From assembly GCF_009914755.1 (NCBI RefSeq), contig NC_060931.1: DNA of 64,000 nucleotides; one strand, 5' to 3'. The DNA comes from the human T2T-CHM13v2.0 reference genome, Homo sapiens. The notes below the pieces were generated by a model, which worked only from the letters and a program-made list of their open reading frames with translations, was not told the DNA's origin and did not search any database. The translations under genes and the position numbers were made by a program. Below are positions 54,001-64,000 of the stretch, piece after piece. Numbering within the stretch: position 1 is the first letter of the stretch; every line of letters starts with the position of its first letter.

Positions 54001-57000
54001 TAAGCCATGTGCTGTTACCCCTGCTGCGCTCTGGCTCATTCTAAGGTACACGCTATTAACCTTGTGAGAAAACAAAGAGGCCAGCCCCACCCTTCCTGCT
54101 CACTCTGAGTCATGGTGAAAATGTTTCAGGATCTCGGGTTCGACCATGAGTCCTGTCCAGGTCCAGGAGGAAATTCGGAAGGACCACATGTTCACTCTGA
54201 GATCCCACTTTCATTTCCCTCCTGGTTGAGCAGCATTAATACTCTGGCTAGATTTAAATTCTGGCTTTCTCCAGTTAGAACTGAAAGTTATGACAATGTA
54301 ATCAAAATAGAATGTGGGTTTACAGCTGGCCCCCTGGCCTGGTTTGTGAACATAAAACAGAAACAGAAAGTGTAAGTGGTGACATCATATTCTCTCATTC
54401 AATGTGAAAGGCCACCGAAGTCTTTCCAGAATTATTTTTGAGAATAATATGAATTTTTAAAAAATACCTAATTATTTTAAATATCGTCTTGCTTGCTCCC
54501 CAAATACCTACTGTTTTCAACTTGGATATACGACATGATTAAAGAATATCTAATATTTGGGAATGCATACTTTAACCTTATAAACTACCACTGTAAATAG
54601 ACAGACTCATTAAAGTGAAAGGACATTTTAAATCAATTAGTAAGCAAATCAATTAGGTGGCAAAGACAAGATTATTTTTCCTTATGGTAGTTGAAGAATA
54701 ATGCTTAACCTGTCATTCTAATTACCAAGCACGGTGTTCTCTTTGGAAGATCATTTCAACAAAACATTATTTTCATCCAGAATTTGAACCTTGAGATTGC
54801 ATGGTATTTTAGAAATCTATTTTAGAAATCTTTGGCAAAGGTTACTATTAAAACAATCACATTCATGGAAAATCAGTATAAGAGCAACTAAAATAACTCA
54901 CAATACCAGTAAAATCACTTTGTCATCTTCTTAAGACTTTTAAAGAGCATTTGTAAGTAACTGAATAGAAGGCCAAAGGGTGTGTAGGTAGCCCAGACCA
55001 TCAGTGGGCAGCCAGGGCCAGGGCAGGGGCCACGGTTGCAGCCTGCATTCTTCTAAAGGGCAGAGCAAATTAAAGTTGAAGCAGGAGCTAAAAAAAAAAA
55101 AAAAAATGTTTCAAATAATTCCACCAACCAGAGGATACTACCTAGGACAGTTTGGGCCTAACTTATCTGTGAAGGCCTCCAGCTTCCTCCACACCGGTGG
55201 CCACTTTTCATTCACTCTGAACCCTTCTTTGTATGGAGGTCATTTTATTAATTGAGCTGTGACCAACATGACAGAATTTCCTGTTTTAGGGCTTTTATAA
55301 TATAGATAGTTTATATCTAATTTCAGAATATATTCACTGGGGAATGGACTTAGCAACCACTACCACAACAATGCAACAATGTGTTTTGGAACAAATTTAC
55401 CAATCTGAATTTCCCCCTAGATTAGGTCACAGGAACATTGCAGCTGATGTACAGCTATGTTCCTCCTGAAACTTGGAGACACATCCTCTTGAGCTGGGTT
55501 ATAATGGGCCACCCGAAGCTCGAGTTCCTGTAATGGATACACTCAGGCAGCAGAACCTACCACCGTAGTGAGGACAGCACCCAGAGCCCTCAGAGGCCAT
55601 CACAAGTGCACCACAGCTGCCTTCTCTGGCACGCTCAGAGCTACACAGTGTACTCTGGGATTGGAACTCTTTATTTTTTTTTCAGTTGATTTGTAAATAA
55701 GATTGCACAAAAATCCATGCACATCAACTCTCCAAATCAGAATTTGCTGAGCTAAAAAGAGCATTAAATTAGATGGGCTGGCTTTCAAGCGGTGGGGGTG
55801 CAATAGTGGAACTCTGCACAACAGTTCTTTACAAAGAGACAAGCAAGCACATCGCGTGGAAATTTCCATTCAACTGGAAATGTCCAAGCCTGTTTACCTC
55901 AATTAATTGTCCTTGTTCACTTGTCCAGCCTAGCAATTGTCCATTAGTAATTTGTTATAAATGAGACATTTGGTATTAAAGCATCTCTTTGGGATACTGG
56001 TATGGTTTATTATAACATTCTGTTAGTAGTGTTGTACAAGCTTGAGATGTATTAATACGAAATCCAAGCTGCATGAGGGCTTTATTTTTCAAGCCTACAC
56101 CTTGCTGAAATTCTGAATTAAAATATGATTCTCAGTACAAATGAATAAATCAACAGAAATGGTAACGCATGTCAAATATTCTTAAAACCCAAGAAAGCCT
56201 TGTAACTTCCTTCAATCTAATGGGAAATGCAGGCAAATACAAGACTGATGTCCTTGAGTTTTATTATCAAGACTCAAGGGCACCAGTAAAATCTAGTTTC
56301 ATTGGTTGGAAAAAAAATCCTGATAAGCACTGTTAGGCATATTAACTTTAATGATTACAATTTTTAGGACACTCTGTGGCCTAGACTTAGAAACACAACT
56401 AATGTCCAGAAAAAGATTCCTCTTTTTATTCCATCATCTGATAGGCCTATTTTTACACATACACACCAACCAAAAGTAGCCAAGCAAACAAAACAACATA
56501 CTCACACCCCTTCGCCTATTATCATCTAGGTGATTTTCAATGCTCATTGCAATGAAACCTACTTATTGTGCATGGCACCCACCCCCACTGAGGAATACTG
56601 TAGTTTCTTTCCCTTTGAACTTCATTAGTAGAGCACATGGTTCATTCACTCCTGAAGAGTTCTTCGTATGTCAGAATATATATACTACAACATAATTTCC
56701 ATCAGAGCTCTGACCACCCGCTTATCTATTTTCATAATGCCTGCCACTCCATCATTAGCTGTTGTCATGTAGGCTATCAATAAATATATGACAAATAAAA
56801 CAGTTAGGGAATGAGGGAAATTGACTAGCAGCCAAAGACCTAAGCCATCCTCTGCTTGGACATTAGAAAACTGAGTTCACTACAGTCATAAGATACACAA
56901 AGGCAGAATGTAAGCCATACAAAAATCCATGTCAATCCCAATATGTGAGTACAACTATTGAACACCATGTACTAATGGATGAGTTGGTAAATCATTCAAT

Positions 57001-57539
57001 GTCTTCATGAGGTCAATTACAGATTATTATTTAGACCCCAAAGATTCCAAAGATGGTATTTCGGTCAGATCTTCATCCTTTGTAAGCCTAGCAGAAAATA
57101 TGGCAGTTTTATTGACTACTATTCTTTGCTGGGTGTGGTATTTTTAAACTGAGACATCAGTGTGCCTAGCACAGGGCCTCAAGCACACAGAAAAATTCCT
57201 TGATAATAATTAAATAAAATTTCAGCAAAAAATATCATCTTAAGGCTGTGAAATTATCTTCCTGTGTGGCTAAAATAGTGAATAAAATTCAGCGCAATAT
57301 AAATCATAGTACAATTTCATCACTAAATTTTCTGATCTTGATCTTGTCATTTTACATTGGAAGTAAAAATGTGTCCTCCTTTTTTTCTCTGACAGTGAAA
57401 AGTGTGTGTGTGTTGTGTGCCCTTTTGCACACCCTGCCTCACACTTGCTGGTCTAATTCCTTCCAGCATGATTATGATATAATTAAATGACAGAAATGTT
57501 TACTTCCAAGTGGAACTAAGCCAGGGTAACTCAGGGTAG

Positions 57540-59400
57540 GGCAGCTGCTTGCACCGAAAGACCAAGACTGCTAGAGAACTAGGAAACAGGCGGTGCAAGA
57601 ACTCCAGGCTCTCATGGAAGAGCGGGAGGCTTCTATGGGGCTGCAGAAACTCTTTGGTGCTTGGGGAAAAAATGGGTTAAATGCTCTTAAAAAAGAAACC
57701 TGGGAGAGGTAGTTTCCAGATGCAGGCCCGTCTTTTCTTTTAAACAGAGGCAGCTCCGAAGAGCTGGACATTGAACCCTGAGCAGGAACTGGAGGCCGTC
57801 AGCGCAGCTTTGTTTGGCGAGCGGAGCTTTGCAAGGGTGTAATGCTGCACCAGGGAGACGCTATCTGCAGGGACCGGTGACGCCGTGGGTGTGGAGGGGG
57901 AGGCAGTGGCTGGCCCTCTTGGGGTAAGGTACGCCCAGGAACAGTTTAGAATAACGTGCGCGAGTCAAAGGGAAGAAGAAGCTCCTGCAGACCTTCTGGG
58001 CACTGTGCAGGGTTTGCTCCTGTCCACCGTGCCGTGTTCCTGTCCTGGGGTATTTGGGTGTGTGGCGTGTGGGGAGGGGAGAAGGAGCAAGGCGGCAGGG
58101 AGGGGATGAGGACCACCCTGTCCATGGGACAGGCCCTGGGCCCCGCACACACCCCAAGCCCCGCGTCCCGCGTCCTCACTGTCCTGGGACACCCCCCACC
58201 CCACCCCACCGCCACAGCCCAGAGCCGTGCCAGGAAGCCGCCTCGACGCAGCCGTATCTTGAGGCTCCAGCCCCATCCCCAGGGTACCACGCCACGTAGA
58301 GACACTATTTTTCACTTCGTGTTTGTCACTCCTAAAGCATGTGTGCTAGCTGCACCAACCCTGGGATGCCTCGGTGCATAGGGTTTATGTGCGTCCTCCT
58401 CCTTCCCTCTGAGCTGGTCCCCCGTGGGGAACTGCTGCCCAGACTGACCTGCGTCCTTCCGCACGTGCAGGAAAATGTCCACGTGCACTTGTCAGGGTGG
58501 GGGCCACACGGGCACCACCACTGATCATCTGTGGGATCGAGTTACTGCCCATGCAGATCCCACGTGCAGGGCCCAGTCGCTTTGGTGAGAGAGTGGACGC
58601 TGTGGTGACTCCACGGTCTGTGGCTGTGCTCAGGAGGACAGAGAGGGGACATCCTGAGATGGTTTGGGCAGCCCGCGGATCCTGTGCATGTCCCCAGAGC
58701 GTCCACTTTCTCCATGGAGCAGTGGAGTGGCGTTGCTGAGACAGAAAGTTCAGGTTCTCCACTCCCCATGCAGCCCCCACTCCCCTGTCTCCGGCCAGGC
58801 ACGCGTCTGGGGTGGAGACTCCCGGTGCCCGGGGCCCTCCAGACCTCTTTCCCCACCCCAGGGAGCAGGCGGGTACTTCTATTCCGTTTGGCTTCAGAAG
58901 GGAAAAGAGAACGTAAGTTCAGGGAGTTCTCGTCCATTCCTCTCCCGTGGGCCGGGCAGGCAGCAGGGACAGCCTTCAGGAGCCAGGAGGGGCTCGAGCT
59001 GCGAGGCCCTGGAATGAGGCAGGCATGGGCTGAGGCTGGAGGGAAAGCCCCGCTAAGGCTGGGCGGGGGCGGGAAAACTTACCACCAGGGGACTCGAGAT
59101 GGGGAAGGAAAGGTCAGAAGAGGAGAGGCCAGGCACGGGGTGTGGGCGGCCTGCAGAGCTGGAGCAGGTGCTCCGCCCAGAGCCAGGCATGCACACTCAG
59201 AGTAGGTGGCCTGTGCAGCGGGGAAGAGGGGCGGGTCGGCGTGCTGCTGAAGATGCAGGAGCTGCGGCCTGCTCTGTGCGTGCTGAAGGTGTGGTGAGAA
59301 GCACTTACAAAAAGAAATGGACTGTGTTAGGATTGCACATTTTACTTTGTTTCTCCCAAATACGTGTTCTTTGAATTTTTTTCCTTCCAGGGCCAGGACT
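57540..59400. promoter_or_regulatory. GC/CpG-enriched intronic island, enhancer- or promoter-like
   Basis: Raised GC and CpG relative to the flanks, no recognisable repeat, 3 CACGTG E-boxes, GC boxes and an E2F-like GGCGGGAAA. Confidence 0.55.
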
Positions 59401-59756
59401 GGAGTGATGGTTGAGACAGGCACGCACTGGGTCTTGTCTGCATTTACATTTTGAGATTTTGTTCAGCATGGATTTTATGGCGTTTTTTTGTTTGTTTGTT
59501 TGTTCGTTTTCAAAATACTGCACGGTTTATCGTGAAGACAGGGTCCTTTGCTGCCGTCTTAAGTTTTGGGCCCAAGAACGTGCCCCACCCTAGGCCCGGG
59601 CCTGCTGGCTTCATAGCTCTCATCATTCCCACGGAACCTTAAGACCTGAGGACAGAAAGGAAGGAAACAAGCCCAGTAGTCCGTGAAAATCCAGGGTCCC
59701 GCCACTCCAGGTGTCTGCAGCAGAGCTGAACACACGTAGGCTCTTGCCAGGAGGGG

Positions 59757-60140
59757 CATTTGTATGTGCTGAGCATTCCTTATATTCTCAATATGACGCC
59801 TTTGAAAGATCTGTGGTTTGCAAATATTTACTCTCAGTCCATAACTTATCTTTCCAACCTCTTACCAGGCTCTTTTGCTGAATAAAAGTTTTAAATTTTG
59901 AAGTCTAATATATTTTTAATTTTTTTATTTTATGGATCATACTTTTTGTGTCAGGTTTGAGAAGTCTGCACCAAAGTATGTCCTGTGGTTTTCCCTTAGG
60001 TCATCTTCAACAAGTTTCATAGTATTTTGTTTAGATGTAAATCTGTGGCCCATTTTGAGTTAGTTTTTGCACAAGAGTTGAGGTCAAGGTTCTTTTTTTG
60101 CCTGTGATGTTCAGTGGCTCTGGCACCATTTGTTGAAAAC
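59757..60140 (-). mobile_element. Old L1M internal fragment
   Basis: TTTGCAAATATTTACTCTCAGTC...CCATTTTGAGTTAGTTTTTG...GCACCATTTGTTGAAAA. Confidence 0.75.
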
Positions 60141-60229
60141 ATGATAGCCAATGTCAAGACTTAATAGTTATAATAATCAGGAGCTTTTGTTTCTTTTTGT
60201 TTTGTTTTTAGTAACTGCCAGTCACTGCT

Positions 60230-60745
60230 TGTGGTATACATACACAATGGAATACTATTCAGTCTTAAAAAAAAAAAAAGAAGGAAATCCTGTCATTTGC
60301 ATACCTGGAGGACATTATGTTAAGTGAAATAAGCCAGGCACCAAAAGAAAAACATTGCATGATCTCACTCCTTCATGGAATCTAAAAAATTGTATTCAGA
60401 GAAGCAGAGAGTGGAATGGTGGTTACCAGGGGCTGGGAAGGTGTGAGCTTGGGGAGATTTGGTGAAAGGACATAGAATCTCAGTTAGACAGGAGGAATAA
60501 GTTAAAGAGATCTATTGCACATCATGGTAACTGTAGTTAGTGACAATGTATTGTATACATGAAAATTGCTAAGAGAGTAGATTTTAAGTGTTCTCACCAC
60601 ACCAAAAAAAGGTATGTGCAGTAATACAGTCATTAATTAGCTTGATGTAGCCATTCCACAATGGATACATATATCAAAACATCATGTTGTATACCATAAA
60701 TATATACTGTCTCTTTATGTAAATTTAAAAATAAGATAAAATAAA
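60230..60745 (+). mobile_element. L1MA 3' end
   Basis: TACACAATGGAATACTATTCAG...GGAGGACATTATGTTAAGTGAAATAAGCCAGGCAC...GATTTTAAGTGTTCTCACCAC, A-rich end. Confidence 0.9.
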
Positions 60746-62622
60746 TGTTATTCACTTGTCGTGGATGTGGTGGGGACAGGTGTGGGATAGCCCTCCCTGT
60801 ACAACTAGGACCCAGGGGTGATCTAGTGACACTAGCCATTTATCAGGACGTATGGGTGCCAGTCAGGATGATAAAGCTTCCTTTTGGCCACTATACTACT
60901 TAGAAATGCCCTGCAAAAGGTGCACATCAAAGATTGAAAGCTCAATCCTGGATTTTAAGTGCTTCAAAAGTGCACTTAATTGCCACATTTTTGTCAAACA
61001 TTTTCCCAGGTAGTATTTTTCCTCATGTAAAACAACAGCAATTTAATTTGAACAGAAAGCATTTTGAAACATACTTTTGGCAGGGTTCCTTGCAGATCAG
61101 AATGGAAATGATTAACAGGGCAATTATCAATCATGGACTTTTGGCGGCAGAAGGAACTGTATTGTTTGGTACAGTCTGGGCCAGGGCCACACACCGTAAC
61201 GGAGATACTCTATTCTGTGGACGGTTGGAGGGGGCTGTGCTGAGCAGGGTAACTGCATCTTTTCCTAGACTGTTCACACTGCTGCCACGAAGGAGTCTTG
61301 TTTAGACTGGACCTGGCTTTCTTCTTCGCAATGAGTGTTGCAGACTCCCGACAAAGGCCAGGTGGTAAAGTGTGGTGTCTGTGAGCGAGAGCCTGAGATG
61401 CCTGAGCTGACCTGTCCTCAGCCACCTGCCATCGTGCAGAGGTGAGAGCAGCCCCTGAATTCTGCCCCTCGGTCTCTCCATAGCTAAAGCAAAACCATCC
61501 TTCCGTGCTCCCAGGACAAGCAGGCTATTACCAAATCACCCACTAACCCTGGGCGAGGAGGGGCCATCACTGCACAATTCATCAGTGTCTGTGACAGGAA
61601 GAGATTGTTTTAGACTGGTTTTTTTTTTTTATTATTTGCAAGCTTTTTTCTCTCTCCAAAACGTGCTGTCAGTGTGTTCTAATTTACTCTGTAAGGAATT
61701 CTGGAGCTAATCATAGGCTCACAAAAAGCAGCACAGGAAAGTTTCCCAGATAACATCTATTTCAGTGGCTTTCAAACATTTTTGACCTTACCAAAGTAAG
61801 AAATACATTTTAATATCATGGCACACATACAGCTGTATCTAAACTTTCATAATACTGCCTTTACGATATCACTCTGATATTGTCTATTCTTTTCTGTTTA
61901 TTTTTCTTTTTGTTCCTTGTTATGCTGGTTGTGACCCACTCCAGTGATTTCACAATGCAGGCTGGGTGGTGTCCCACAGTTTGAAATCCCAATCTAGGGC
62001 CTTCCTCTCACTGTACAAAGTAGGTAACTGGGGACATTAGTGGATCAGTGATCAAACCAAAGTTATTTGATCTTACCAAGTGATATCAGGATGAGAAAGC
62101 TGTTAGAGTGTCAGATATGTGAAGGAACTTGGGTCATTCCTGATACCTCAAAGAGAAAAAAGGTAGTCCTTGAACACCTCCTACTTGTAAAGGATGCACA
62201 ATCCTACATGCCCCTCCCTTTCCTTTCCTCCCCTCTGTACCCCACCCCTGCCCACATTTTCTTCATAAGCAGCTTTGGTGTTTTGGCTTGTTTGTTTCCC
62301 TTGTCTCCTACCTGTGACTTTATAGCCTTTTGGAGACTCACAGCAATAGTTGTATTTAAACTCAGTGGGTGGCATCCAAGGCTAAAAAGGAGATTGCCTA
62401 GACACAAAACCACCCAAGGGAGAAAGCAGGACAGCATCTTACTATGATTGTTTCTTGTTTCTTCCTGTCTCATAAGGATTATTACCCAGGGTTTTCATTT
62501 TTTTCATTTCATGGTTCATTTTCGCTCCAGTGTAGACATACAATAGACCACTCGTCCCTGTGGCTCCGGGCAGCAGCCTCATCTGAGACCCTCCTGAGAC
62601 ATCTCGTGCAGGGCAGCCGTAG

Positions 62623-63098
62623 TGTGTGGCTTCCCCAGGGCTGCTCTAACAGATCACCATCCTTGCCATGGCTTAAGAAGCTGCAGATTTATTTGCTTAC
62701 AGCTCTGGAAGCCAGAAGTCCAAAATCAAGGTGTCAGTAGAGTCTCTCTCTCTGAAACCTGCTGAGGATGATGCCCCTGGCCTCTCCCCAGCCTCTGGTG
62801 TTCCCAGCAGCCCTTGGCATTCCTTGCCTTGTAGATGCAAAACTCCGATCTCCACCTCTATCCTCACAGTGAGTTCTCCTGCATGTCTGTCTCTGTGCCT
62901 TCACATTCCTCTCTGTGTGTCTGTGTTTCCATCTCCTTATGAGGACACCCATCACTGAATCAGGGCCCACTCTATACCAGTAAGACCTCATTTCAACTCC
63001 ATTACATCTTCAAAAACCCCATTCTCAAATAAGGTTACTTCACAAGTGCTGGAGGTTAGGACTTGAACATACCTTATTGAACAATCCAACTGATGACA
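62623..63098 (-). mobile_element. MLT1 (MLT1C-like) MaLR solo LTR
   Basis: AGGGCTGCTCTAACA...GCTCTGGAAGCCAGAAGTCCAAAATCAAGGTGTCAG...CTTGGCATTCCTTGCCTTGTAGATGCA...AAATAAGGTTAC. Confidence 0.85.
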
Positions 63099-64000
63099 CA
63101 TAGTAATTTATGCACTCGTTCTTGGAGACGTTGACTTTATTTAGTAGCATTAACCATGGCAATGTCACCAGCATCGCTGACAGCCTGAAGCATATGATCT
63201 CCAGAATGTATTTCAATCATCATGTTCACTTCCTTGGTATTCTTTAGACAATAACTCAGCCTTGAACTCCAGTAAAGGGTTTCCCTGGGATTTTCTTCTT
63301 GACTCACTCCACTGTGGCCTCCCTCATCCAGGACTGTAACAGACGCCTGACGTCAGTGGTCTAGACCTCTCTGCTGAATGTCATCTTTGGTGAATGTCTT
63401 ATGAGAAAACACATGGTTGGTCACTCTTAGAAGGGCATGAAAGCCTGTCTGCAGTATAACCAAAACAGGCACATGGCGAGGCACACTGTGCGCATGTGTG
63501 TACAATTAATATCATGGTTTTAAATTATTTTCAGGCCAAGGGGAGATCTTTGCTGCATCTACTGAAGAAAGCGAATCTTTTTCTTCCTGAAAAAAAATGG
63601 CTACTTATTAGTCGAATTTGTGTTTTAAAAATATGTGAACTAATATAATGCAGACATGCATTAATGTTTAAATATACTGGAAGTTTTTGGTAAAATGAAA
63701 CCCATTGTCTCTGTTGATTACTTTGATGAGTCAAGAAGTAACATCCTGGGAATGATTGGCCAGTTTAAATGAGTGCCTCAGGTTTTTGGAATACAAGAAA
63801 TCAAGAGGAAGGGATTAGAACATATAGGTTAGCAAGATTGGGATCCTAAAATACAGACCCAAATGAATGGAACAAAATCAGGGAATTTATTAATAACAGG
63901 GTCAAGGCCAAATCAGTAACAAATATCCTGAGTGGAAGAAAGGTGGTTTAACAAATGCCCCTATGAAAGATAGAGATTGGCTTACCATGATGAGATGTAA

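Noticed and set aside
57861-59423. Dense overlapping ORFs on both strands
   Set aside because: Explained by high GC; low-complexity P/G/R content and no homology recognised.

Overview
Human (primate) genomic DNA, entirely intronic: roughly the 5' half of EGFR intron 1 (chr7p11.2), with EGFR on the + strand. The identification rests on the (CA)16 repeat at 481-512 and its flanks (GGGCTCACAGCAAACTTCTC, GTTTGAAGAATTTGAGCCAACC, AACATGAGCGAGTCTGGCTT), which I recognise as the EGFR intron-1 CA-SSR1 locus, plus the CpG-island tail at 1-330. No EGFR coding exon is present and no listed ORF looks like a real protein; they are Alu-, L1-, LTR-, microsatellite- or GC-derived. The window contains 8 Alus, several L1/L2/L3/MIR fragments, MER5/MER20/MER33 DNA transposons, MST/MLT1 LTRs, microsatellites and motif-rich enhancer-like blocks. 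The most notable structure is an ERV1 LTR copy (6269-6808) with the hallmarks of L1-mediated retrotransposition: poly(A) in place of U5, 17-bp TSD, TT/AAAA site and 5' truncation. It also carries a 37-bp-periodic GATA array plus TEAD sites. Other leads: a candidate 76-nt poison exon (11269-11344), a candidate intronic terminal exon (from 23742) that could give a short secreted EGFR-signal-peptide product, and a CpG-rich E-box/GC-box island at about 57.5-59.4 kb. Repeat subfamily names are from memory of consensus sequences and boundaries are approximate. I found no convincing novel protein-coding system.
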